Source of the DNA: Fistulifera solaris
Lineage: Eukaryota
Length of the DNA: 64,000 nucleotides
Assembly (NCBI GenBank): GCA_030295235.1
Contig: AP026167.1
Span: 744,001-808,000 of the forward strand
Reading direction: 5' to 3'
In this document: one piece after another, positions 36,271-47,277 of the stretch
Layout: every line of letters starts with the position of its first letter
How positions within the stretch are numbered: position 1 is the first letter of the stretch
Made by a program: the position numbers and the translations under genes
Notes under the pieces: generated by a model
Told to the model about the DNA's origin: nothing
Seen by the model: only the letters and a program-made list of their open reading frames with translations
Databases searched by the model: none

Positions 36271-37415
36271 ATGAAATTCTCCGTCGCTAGCTTCCTCCGG
36301 TCGATACGACTTGATGATTCTGATCCAGACAAACAGCCTTCTTACGAAGGAAAAGATCCGCGCCTTCAAGAAGTTCCCTGTTGTGCAACGTGTCACAGTC
36401 GACCCGCGGCTAAACTACTCATGTGCTGCTCGCGTTGTAAAACGGCTTGGTATTGCAGCAAAGAATGTCAGACAGCAGATTATGAATCATCACACAAATC
36501 TCTTTGTGTGTCCATTGCGCGAACTCTTAAACAGGTCCAACAACGGACAGTGCCCCTCCGCAGCACGATCATTGACGTATTCCTAGAACCGCAAAACTTT
36601 TTTGAGTCACAAGTGGGGCTCTTTGGTCAGTTTTATCAAGCACAAGAATACATGACAGCCCGCCGGCATTTAGTGGAATTGTATGTGCAAGCAGCCAATA
36701 TCGTTGAAACCAAGTCAGTTTGGGAAAAAGCTCTCTCGCACGCTCTAGAACTCATGCGATTAGATTATCGTGATGTAATCGAAACACGGTATGTGATTCC
36801 TTTCATTCTTTTGAATCTGAACCGGGATGATGATGCTTTTGATTTCATTCGATATTGGATGAAGATTGATCTTAATGACCGGAGCAAACTCTTCGATTTG
36901 ATGAACCGTCACTTTGAATCGCGAGAGGGTGAGTGGATCTACCCTCGCAACCAGAACTGTCGTTTCAGGGACGTATTTGAAGAATGTGCGAATGTGAACG
37001 ATCGAAAAGCACCATTGGCTTTCTTGGTGGCTCTCCTTATCATCAAATGTCGCATCGTTGCGACTTATGATGCCACGTGTGGCTCGATGGATCTGGCATT
37101 CGGAACAACAAGCGGACAACGGATTCAAGAGGTTCAAAGTACGGTGAAAGAACTGATACTGGATGGCGCTCTGGTGAACATTCAGAGTCAACGACAGCAA
37201 GTTGAGCGACTTTTGAATGTCATTCAACGACGCAACGCCATTATCCTTCCTGCGTTTCTCAATCCGACTCCGCTTCTAGCAAAGAAGTGGCAAAATGCAC
37301 CAATGAGGCTTTGCTCGTACTTTTGCATGGAACTGGCTGTTTCGTCCGCGTACCGGGAGCTAAAGCCATGCTCGAAGAACGTTTCGGAAAAGAACCGTCT
37401 TACAATTTGGGATGA
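36271..37415 (+). CDS. MYND zinc-finger protein with helical C-terminal domain
   Basis: CATC..CSRCKTAWYCSKECQ..HKSLC. The C-terminus ..RVPGAKAMLEERFGKEPSYNLG* is recovered after an indel at ~37295 and matches the paralog. Confidence 0.85.
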
Positions 37416-37838
37416 TTCCGTTCATAATATCCTTGCAAGATATTGCTCATTATTTGATACTTAACAAGAGAAACTAGCATTTTATGACCTACGTCTCGCA
37501 ACAGTTTTCATTGCATTGAAAATGCTTGCGAATAGATGACTCACCGATTCATTATAAACTCAAAGTGTAGCATCAACTTTACCACGACTGAATTTCAGTC
37601 AAGAGTCAGTTTCACTATAGAGCCAAAGTGAAGGCGACCTTTTGTCATGACTGCATTTCTCACATGAATCATGAGTCGGTCGTTCGCAAGCATTTTGTTT
37701 ATTACTACGTATTTGTCTGTGGCAGCATTCAGTCATCGTTCGGAGCGATTGATCCTTTCATAACCAATTCTTGAGCTGCAACAACAACTCTAGAGTATCT
37801 GGAGCATTCATACAGACGTCAAGCAAGCGCAGAACAGT

Positions 37839-38799
37839 ATGACGACGCTCACAGCCGTTTTGGAAACAATCGGTCCCATCACAAAGGCGAAAGGCGGTTG
37901 GTGTTTGCGAGAAGGACTAATTCACTTGGCTCAAGTGGAAGACGGCAAAATACTACCACTCATTTTGCAGCACGGAGTTCCTGCTTTTTACAGCTGTGTT
38001 ACCACGGAGAGGAACCGCTGCCGACACGAAGCAACACAGAATTTAAAAGATCCGGTCACTTGTTTCGAAAGCTTATGTCGCACGATTGCGGGGCAGTTTG
38101 TTTCAGGTTTCTCGGCACAGGCGGCATGGAAGCGTTTACTGGAGACCACTTCGAACAAATTGACACCCGAGCATGTTCTCTCGCTGATTTCGGACGACTC
38201 TACCAAAATCAATCCGGAACTTGTAGAAACAAATTTACGAAAGCCGGCTGGTTTAACGAAAGCAAAAGCCGCGTCGATTGTCGATCTCGCGCTCCATTTT
38301 CAGGAGGGAAAGCTTTCGGAACAGTTTTTGAAGACAACCATCGATGAAAAGAAATACGAAAAGCACTTTTACAAATCAAAGGAATCGGACCTTGGAGCTG
38401 TGATATGTTTCTCCTTTTCTTTTGGAGCGACCGGATGTTCTACCGATAGGAGATCTGGGTGTTCGAAAAGGCATAGCTAAGTATTTTGCACTCCAAGGAA
38501 GCCTCAAGAAAAATCAGCTGTGCCCACGACAAGACGAACGAAAGATCACCGAGAGATTGATGCATTACAAACCATATTTGTCGCTACTTGCTTACTACAT
38601 GTGGCGGGCTGCTGACACGCCGTTGCTTGAGACCTCTCAAATGGAATTGCAATCGAAACTAGAGCCGTGTTTGACGGTTCCTGAAAGTGGCTTTGTTTCA
38701 CAATCGGGTGTTTCTTCTTTGAAACGAACAGTCACAACAGTGGCAACGCCAACCACACCTTCAAAGGCTAAGCGAACACGACGTCTTGTCACTCCATAG
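37839..38799 (+). CDS. HhH-GPD DNA-3-methyladenine glycosylase (AlkA/MAG1 family)
   Basis: FESLCRTIAGQFVS..AA, GLTKAKA and (after an indel at ~38350) IKGIGPWSCDMFLLF.LERPDVLPIGDLGVRKG, PYLSLLAYYMW. Confidence 0.9.
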
Positions 38800-38838
38800 T
38801 AAGTAAGTCGACGTTGCATCATTGTAGACGACATGTTG

Positions 38839-39495
38839 TCAAGTAACAAAATGCGTAGCGGTCATATTTCTTGACGACTCTCTTGGCGCTGGTAAATCTT
38901 TCGATAACAGCGAATGAGGTCTTTCCTCCATTCTCAGTCCGCGACGAACATTCACATTCACCGTATGATTTCCGACGGATTGGAAGTCTTGCGAGTGGAA
39001 AAATTGTAAAGCTGCTGTGTTAGTTGGTTCGACTTCTGCGTAGAGAACTGTTTCGTTCCATACATTCGTCACCAAATGCTCACAATGCGCCACCAAATCG
39101 GCAGCAACTCCTTGTTGCCGGAATGCTTCCTCGACACAGATCAGACCAATCGTAGGTCGCTTCTCTGAAGTGGCTCCATTGATCCCGACTTCTGCCATCC
39201 CTATGACCTTACCGAGCTCCTTGGCAACAAATATATTATACTTTTTGCCTCGCATGCGTCTCGCCGTTTGTGTGTATTGACGGAATGTGTAAGCCTCGGT
39301 GAGTGATTGCTCCGCAAGTGACCAACATAGTTTGTCTAGCCTAGAGGCATTGCGTCGGGGGGCGTCGAATGTGTGTACGAGCAATTTCACCATTTCCTTC
39401 CATTCGCTGTTGTGTCGGGGTGGCGTAATGTACCAACCATGGGCAACGTTATTGATGAGCGCAACCAGCGAAAACATAAAACGCCATCTTCCCAT
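38839..39495 (-). CDS. GNAT N-acetyltransferase with signal peptide (possibly plastid)
   Basis: ICVEEAFRQQGVAADLV (motif A) and NTAALQFF. Hydrophobic N-terminus ending AHG|WY. Confidence 0.8.
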   Translation of the reverse strand: MGRWRFMFSLVALINNVAHGWYITPPRHNSEWKEMVKLLVHTFDAPRRNASRLDKLCWSLAEQSLTEAYTFRQYTQTARRMRGKKYNIFVAKELGKVIGMAEVGINGATSEKRPTIGLICVEEAFRQQGVAADLVAHCEHLVTNVWNETVLYAEVEPTNTAALQFFHSQDFQSVGNHTVNVNVRRGLRMEERPHSLLSKDLPAPRESSRNMTATHFVT

Positions 39496-39945
39496 CTCAT
39501 CTAAATTTAGATTGAATGCTGCTTTGTACTTCTTTTCGATGTCTTTATTGTTATTTTGTCGATACTACAACAAGAATACATCAAGGAAGATGAGAAAAAT
39601 AAAAATGCTGGGATGGAAGAATTTCATCGCAATTGTTTGAACGGAGCGGTCACGCGCTGCGAGTCACGAGTATAGATTCCTTTTGCTGCCTATACCAACT
39701 ATTGCAATCACATTTATTTTTATCAATCTGCCTCGTCCAAATAATCTCCCTTCGTCAGTTGTTGCGCGCTTCGTGGGAATATCGGCTTTATATACCCTTC
39801 AAGTCACAATCTTTTCAAATCAACATAATTTCCTTGTAGAGATTCACTACACCGCTTTCGGGGGAAACCTCTAGGGGCGACTTTGGACGGAATAATTACT
39901 TCACATTTTCTTTGATCTAAAATAATAAAATATTTCCTGATCAAA

Positions 39946-41220
39946 TTACAGCTCTCCCTCGGGAATATCCTTTGCCCCTATTCCTCGCAAGTATAACACA
40001 ACCGGGTTTTCTTCATCATGGAATTGAAGCGCTAGATTCAGGGGACTGCTGCCTTGGCCTACATTTCCGGTACGTGCATCTTTCTCTGCTCCATTCTACA
40101 ACAGAAATTCTACAATGTCCTTGTCACCAAACCGTATCGCTTCATGAAGTGCTCGTCAGCCGTTGGCATCTTGACTATTCAGCATTCGCTTATCTTTCTT
40201 CACAATTTGTTGGAGGCGATTGAAATCACCGGTGGCTGCGGTGAAATGGGCTTCGGGTGCGGCGGCTTGTTGTATGGGGAGCTGATAAAGAGGGTTTCTT
40301 CCAGCCACCTGGATTTTGTGAAGTCCAGTGAGCGGTTTCCGGAGATCCAGGGACAAGATAAGGAGGGAGAAAGTCGTCGAGTTCGTCCAAGTATCCATCA
40401 CCTGTGGCGTGCAACGGACGACCGGTTGGCTCGAAGTGAATAAAAATGTTGGCAAAGAAACGACCTTTCAACGGAAAGGGACGGCCATGAATTAAAGATC
40501 CCGATTCATAAAGCACCACATCCCTCGGTTCCATCGTCACATTCACGGCGTTTCCCTGTCGATCGTACACTTCGAGAGGCCACGGCTCATCGACATCTTG
40601 ATCGACGTTAATGATACAAGAGCTGACCAAAGGAAGGCGATCTGCGTGGGGGCTTAGGACAGCGCCTTCGGTGTACATGCGAATACCATACATGCTTGTT
40701 GGCTTTAATTCCATTCCAGTCCATTGCTCGATGGTCGACTTGGCGGCAACCCAGATTTTCGTTTTCAGATTGTATCCTCCGCCGCACAGCGATGAATCCT
40801 CGACGCTAACCAGGTATGAGTATGTTTCTCAATGATTCACATAAACGTTACTGGCAGCCCACTTTTCCTCCTTCATGTTTGCTTTTTCGTTTCCCAATGT
40901 TGGGTGAGTAAAGACGTCACCTCAGTCGGTGCTTTAATCTTCATAAAACCCGTGTCCGTGTAATTGACTATAGACTGCGGCTGACGAATATTCATGGCGA
41001 TACGATCATTCTCTGTTGTATCACAGCGATTGGCTTTGCTACCGTATTATTGATGGCAGCCTTCCATGAACTGTTTATAGAAGTTCTGTCGATCACCAAG
41101 CAAGTCGCCGCACTTAGAATCATTGCCGTGAATCGGAAAAGAACAATCAACGCCAAACGAGACTTGTGCTTGAATATGGACTGCAAAGATCGTTAAAAGA
41201 GCAAGGAAGGTATGCAGCAT
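39946..41220 (-). pseudogene. Inverted, intronless pseudogene of the 2OG-oxygenase-ankyrin family (copy 4)
   Basis: Signal peptide, then GVDCSFP..., QPQSIVNYTDTG contiguous with no intron. Nonsense codons TAA (41047), TGA (~40830) and TGA (~40156), plus indels; ends IPEGEL*. Confidence 0.88.
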
Positions 41221-41500
41221 TGTTGTCAAGTAAATTAGCTGATAGATATGCGGTCGTTCCGATTTTATAAAGAAGGTTTGGGATTATTACGGTTCGCATT
41301 TTCGCAAGTTCCCAACGGGCTTCGGATTGAGACAATGGAACATTTTTGTTAATTTTAATGTTCTCGTTTCGCCACACTAAGGACGAAAATGAATATCTTT
41401 CATAGAAATCAATAGTCGCTCCTAGATCCACTGTTTAATACGGAGTACATTAGGACTTTGGCAGACAGAAAGATGTAGACAATAACGTCACGCTACCTGT

Positions 41501-43402
41501 TTATGATTCCGCTTCAGTAGAGGCCTTTTGTCGTTTGGCCGCTCTTTCTAATTCAAGCTCTTCCACCGAGAAACCTGGCCTTGTTGCGGAAAGCGACCCA
41601 CTTAATAATGATTCAGTTGATGGAGGATTTGCACTTCTAGCTTTCTCATTTTCCCTCTTTCTGCGATGATTGCTGGTCCTCGGAAAGTCACTGCTAGGAC
41701 CAAGAACACGCTTAGGAGAAAAAACCCGGCGGGGGTTTCGGCCAAGACTTCGGCCTTTCCAGTAGAATATCCAATGACGTAGCGGGACGCATGAGCAACC
41801 GTGCCGTTGTTCCTCGCTGTCCATGACGATCTGTAGAAATCTTTCTAAGCATGCTTTTGCACAAACGCCATCCCATGGCGCCGAGATCTGTGGGTGGGTC
41901 AACCATGTCCTCGTCACTCATTGTGTGGACGTAACGACGGCTAGCTTCCAGAGTATCAGGTGGTGGACTAGGAATTTCTTGTGACAAATTCTCCAATGCT
42001 CTTGCGGCCGAAAAACGGTCTTGAAACAAAACATTGCAGCTAAGATCACCGAGCCATTCAACATAAGATGGACCGTAAATGGAAAAGAATGCCATGATAT
42101 CGTCAGTACGGATTTGTTTGAAAGCCGCCCAATCTATACTGAAGATATGAATCTTCTCAGGAGTCAATCTCGGTGGTTCTACCTTCTCTCGAATAAAGCC
42201 TTCGCTTGGATGGATAGCAGAAGTATCGGGCCTTGGGACCTTCCACAATGTTGGTGGGGGATCTAATCTCTGCCCTCGTGCGAAATTCTCTTTATCCCAA
42301 GCTTGTTCAATCGGTATTGTCTTCTTCTCCAACGTAACATCATCGCTCTTTTCCATTTCATCCAGCGCTGTTCCAAAGCGCTTTCTCCGAGCATCTTGTT
42401 TGGCTTTTTCATCGGGGTTACTCAAATCAAGACCAGTATGAAAGCCTGCTTTCGGATTCGCCCGCAAACGACGCTGTTGACTCCATGGCAAGAAAGAAGG
42501 CGGTTCTTTGTATGGTAACCCAAACTTTTCGGCGCGTGCACGTGCCTTCTGACACTGTTCCTCATATTCTTCGAGAAGAGCCTTTGTTTCTTCATCGACA
42601 TCATTGACGCACAATTTGTTTGTGGCGGATAGCGACTCAAAACTGTGGCTAGTTCTTCTGCCATGGAACTCAAGCGAACATTTCGTATTTGAAGCGGAGC
42701 TGGCGCTTGTCGATCACGGACAGCACGATTGCTAAAACCTACGTAACGAAAGGGCAGTTCGTCATCGTCCCCACGTCCACCATGCAACTTGTCTTGGAGA
42801 ATGCCGATGCAGTCTTTGCCGGGAACATCCCCAATTCCAATATAGAACCTATTGTTGTACTTCTTTCTCGTCTTGTTGGTAGTACCAGGGGTATCTTCTT
42901 GTTCTTTGACTTTCGTAATTTCAATGCCGTCTTTGTCGGCGAAATCCTCATTTGTTGTCTCGGCAGCTTCTCGGTTTTCGGCTTCTTTGTTATGAATTTC
43001 TTCATTTTCTTCTTCTATTACTTCTTCAATAACTAAACAGGTCCAGTAACTGACCCACGAATTTTCTTCGCAAACTCGGCTCGGAGCAATCTTCACCATG
43101 TTTCTTCCTCTCCGCAGTGTCGTTCGCATGTTCCCTTCGTCTCCAAAACACGCCTCGTACACAATTTTCGCATAACCGGCCCTCGGTGAAAATGCTACAG
43201 CGAGACTTTCTCTTGCTCTGGCTTGAAACTGACAGCAAATCGCGTTGGAAGCAACACAAAGGTCGGGATGAAAGTGTTCGGTCGACCAGCGCGTTTGGGG
43301 GACAATGCGTAGGATGCCCTGCGTTTGTATCACGCCAGCTGTGTCGGCTTCGACGCGGCACTTCGAGACGCTACTGTATACAATCTCTTTATCCGAAGGC
43401 AT
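41501..43402 (-). CDS. NCBP3-like cap-binding protein fused to an N-terminal farnesoic-acid O-methyltransferase-like (FAMeT) domain
   Basis: TGLDLSNPDEKAKQDARRKRFG and IRTDDIMAFFSIYGPSYVEWLGDLSCNVLF are NCBP3-like. The N-terminal YEACFGDEGNMRTTLRR..CEENSWVSYW..FRYVGFS is FAMeT-like. Indels at ~42630 and ~41720. Confidence 0.7.
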
Positions 43403-43713
43403 GGTTATTAGAACAACAGTTATTCAAAACAAAAACAAAAGAAACAAAAGGATTGCTAGAACTTGTGGAGGTGGTTATTATTATTTTGTCGCATAGCATC
43501 AATAATTTGCAAGCCGCAGCAAGGAGGTGGTGAGTATCTGCTAGAGTGTTAGCTGCCTTTTTGCCGACTGACTTGACCCAATTTCAGTCCCGACCTCTGA
43601 ATTTTCCCTCACAACAAAAGCAGATGTTGTTGCTCCGTATTAGGCTCTCAATACACAATCATCTACCAGACTAACTAACATCGTAAGTATGTAACAGACG
43701 ACTAAAGTTATAT

Positions 43714-45076
43714 TTAATCCCTTTGCTTGGAAGCCAAAGGCCCCAAGAACTTGTCCTTCTCTTCGGCAGTTTGGAAACGACCGTGACCCAATTTGCTCGA
43801 AGTATCGACGAATTTGATGTCGATAGTCTCCAAATGCTTGCGGCTGGAATGTTTCATCAAACTCTTACGAAGAATGATAGCTCTCTTCTTCACACCAACA
43901 ACGGCACCCTTGAGCATGACCCAGTCATCGCGGATTTCACCGTAATGCACAAAGCCACCCATGGGAGTGATGCTCTTCTTGGTCAAATCAGCATCCGTCT
44001 GGCACGAAGCTTCATCGCCCTTCTTTCCAATACGGTAAATCTTCTTGTTCATTTCGGTACGGTGGTGGTATCCGTTCTGACCAGCGCGAGCCACTGTGGT
44101 GCTCACACGAGAAGGGTGCCACGATCCGATACAGGCGACCTTACGCAAACCACGGTGGGTCTTACGGGGCAAACGAGACACACCCCAGCGAGTGACGACA
44201 CCTTCGTAACCACCACCCTTGGTGACACCGATGACATCAACATTTTCGTCCTTGGCGAAAACACTGTCGACCGGAACCTGCTTTTCGAACAAGTTCTTGG
44301 CGAAATCAACCTTCGCAGCGGCATCTCCTCCGTTGATCTGAATCTCCATAATGTGGGCCTTCTTCAAACGCAAGCCGTTGAGTCCCTTGACTTGGGAGTG
44401 AGCAATCACACGGACCACCGTGCAGAACTTCTTGATGCGCTCGAGTTCTGCATCAATTTCCTTGCCGCCGTCTTTCTGGTACTTGAGAGCGTACTTGGTG
44501 TAAGCCTTTTTCTTACTCTTGTACCAGTTCTTGTAGCATCGGCGCTTGAACTCTTCGGAAAGATGCTCCGCAAAGACAGTGGTCAAAGTACGAAGACCCT
44601 GAGGAGTCTCCACGTATCCAACGACACCGACCACCACCATGGGAGGAGTTTCAATGATACTGACAGCGTCGACAACTTCCTTCTTGTGCATGAGGGCACC
44701 AGGACGGTCCACTCCGCGAACAACGTGAGTCATACCGGCCTTGTAACCACGGAAAGCCGTCAAATGGGGAGCTTCCTTGGCATCATCGCGGGGGAACGAC
44801 TTGATGCGTCCAGCATGGTGCTTGGTGCGCTTCTTGGGTAAAAATCCCAAGGATCCGCGGCGGGGAGCTTCAAACTTACGGTGCGACCTGAAAATAACAA
44901 GGAAGAGAATGTCAGGAAGGTGGAAAGCGAGACGGTGCAAAATGGAGAGCAAAAACTGGATAAGGATCGTTCCGAAAAGAAATGGGTGCGACGTTTTCTC
45001 TTCTCCTTCGTCTTCTATTAATGCGTCTATGTCAATGAGCACTTGTGCTTTCGATAAGGTCAAGAGAGACTTACAT
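43714..45076 (-). CDS. RPL3: 60S ribosomal protein L3 (uL3)
   Basis: [25 protein letters not shown] and [16 protein letters not shown]. Intron 45074-44888 splits the start codon (AT|G). Confidence 0.98.
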
Positions 45077-45525
45077 GGTGTAGTTTGCAAACAACAAAGT
45101 TGATATTGTTTACACGTTGTTGTTACGTTGCTTGGCAAAAAACGGTGGGAAGGTTCGACGGAGGACAGTTTTTTTAGTAAAGCGATAAGCGCTAACTGCC
45201 TGATTCATTCACGAATATTTAGTCACGTGTCAAATGCTTACTGACCTATATAGTAAAGAAAATGTCACGAAAACGTCATCCTCCACAAATGAGAATGATG
45301 ATGAGATGATGAGGTGTTGAACGATTTTTCGGCATCCTCGTTGCGTTGTAGTCATCCCATTGGCATCTTTTTCTGTTGGTAGAAAGTTCTTTCATTAACC
45401 GCAAGTACTGTACTGCACTCTAACTACTCTTGAAGGGACTTGAGTAATTATTTCCTGTGTTCATGTTCGTGTCGAAAATTGAAAACAAGCCGACATATCG
45501 GCAGCGCCGAGCAGAATCAAGGAAC

Positions 45526-47132
45526 ATGTCATCAACGAGACGAATGCCAGGTCAACGCATCGGTGGATGGCAAGCTTTTGCTTTACTAACCCTTCTTTCG
45601 TGGAGTGGTTCTGTTTTATGTTTTGCGACACAACATTCGACAGTACGTCCGCTATCACATCTACAGCAACCACTCATAACGAAAGGTCGCATTCAAAATC
45701 CCATTTTTGCAGCCGTGCCGACATCCGACGATGGCAACAATGAATCAATTACTCCATCTATACCACCAGGTGGAGCTCACATCATTCCTCGGAGATTAGT
45801 GTTTGATGATCTCGACAAACGCTTGCTAAAAATATCTCTCCCCGTGATTGCCAACTTTGCCATCTCGCCCTTGATTGGGGCGGTCGATTTCTTTGGGTCA
45901 ATCGGATGGGCAATCCTTTGGCAGTAGCCGGTCAGGCGGCTGCCAATCAAGTCTTTAATAGCATCTTCTGGATTGCTTCATTTCTTCCCTCGATTACGGC
46001 TATTTTGATTTCAAAAGAAAATGCTCGCGGAAACAAAGAAGGAGTCCGCGATGCGGTATGTCAAGCTATTTTTGTTGGTATTTTATTTGCGGTCTTTTCC
46101 ACTACGTTGATGATGGCGTTTCCAGAAAAGGTTTTAAGTTCTGTTCTTGATACCAGCGCACCAGCATTGGCTTACGCCAAGCCATACCTCATGATTCGAG
46201 CGCTAGCATCGTTACCAGCTTTGATCAGTCTGGTGGGTTTCTCGGCCTTTCGGGGTATTTTGGATACCGTCACGCCGGTCAAAATTAGTTCCTTTGCGAA
46301 CCTTTTCAATGCTGTTTTGGATCCTATCTTCATTTTTACACTGGCAATGGGCGTTCCAGGAGCAGCACTTGCCACGCTCGCGTCCGAGATTGTCTCTGCC
46401 GTTTCGTATCTGACGCTCATGCGGAGACAAAAAATGGTGGAGATTCGACGATTGCTGAGGATTCCTTCCTGGAAGCAGTTATCTCCTCTTCTAAAAGGAG
46501 GAGCGGCACTACAACTTCGCAACATAAGTCTCAATCTTACTTTCCTTGCGGTGACCCGCGCCACGCAAGCGATTGATTCGCGAGGAATCGCGGCCAACGC
46601 ACATGCCCTATCCATTCAGACCTTTCAAATCGGCGGTATTGTATTGCTTGCTCTCAGTAGTGTTGCACAGACCATTGTTCCTAATGATTTGGAAGTGGGT
46701 GGAAAAAGGAATGCGAAGATTACATCCAACCGCATGATGCGATGGGGTATTCTCTTAGGTGCAGCTCTCGGTGGACTGCAAATGGCGTTGCTTCCCTTTC
46801 TAATGAAGACAACTCCACTGGAAGAAGTGCGTTTAGCTGCCCGTGTTCCTGCTACCTTGAGCTGCTTATATCAAGTCATCAATGGTATGGTATTTATTGG
46901 GGAAGGAATCATGATCGGTACTGGAAGCTTCTTGCAGCTCTCTATTGGAACAGTCGTTGCAACAGCGGGAGTATTGTGGGCCTTAAGAGTCTTTCCGCCC
47001 ACAATGGGTTTGACGGGTGTCTGGATTGGTTTTGGAGTGTTCAACACGCTGCGACTGCTTAGTGTATTAATACACCAGCTGGTCAACGGACCACTGGCGC
47101 CAAGGAACATTAAAGAAGCTGGGGCAAAGTAA
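45526..47132 (+). CDS. MATE (DinF-like) transporter, plastid-type presequence
   Basis: Multiple TM helices; FRGILDTVTP, NAVLDPIFIF..MGVPGAALAT and ANAHAL. VLC|FAT cleavage site. Indel at ~45893. Confidence 0.88.
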
Positions 47133-47277
47133 AGTGGATCTTGCTTTTGTTCAAGTTAGTAACTATCAAAAATGAAATATCATGACCATGCTATGCTAAT
47201 TCGCAACTACTCAGCGTACGATTGATGGAAGAAGTGACGAGTCTGCAGCATCCAATCAATAATTGAAGAGAGTGTGC

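Noticed and set aside
40150..40835. Selenocysteine or TGA readthrough in oxygenase copy 4
   Set aside because: Both TGAs replace Trp (TGG to TGA), and the copy also has an in-frame TAA and indels, so it is a pseudogene.
43723..44841. 372-aa plus-strand ORF antisense to RPL3
   Set aside because: Shadow ORF caused by strong codon bias in a highly expressed gene; it has no recognisable protein features.
44888..45074. Intronic snoRNA in RPL3
   Set aside because: No box C (RTGATGA) paired with a terminal box D, and no evident H/ACA layout.
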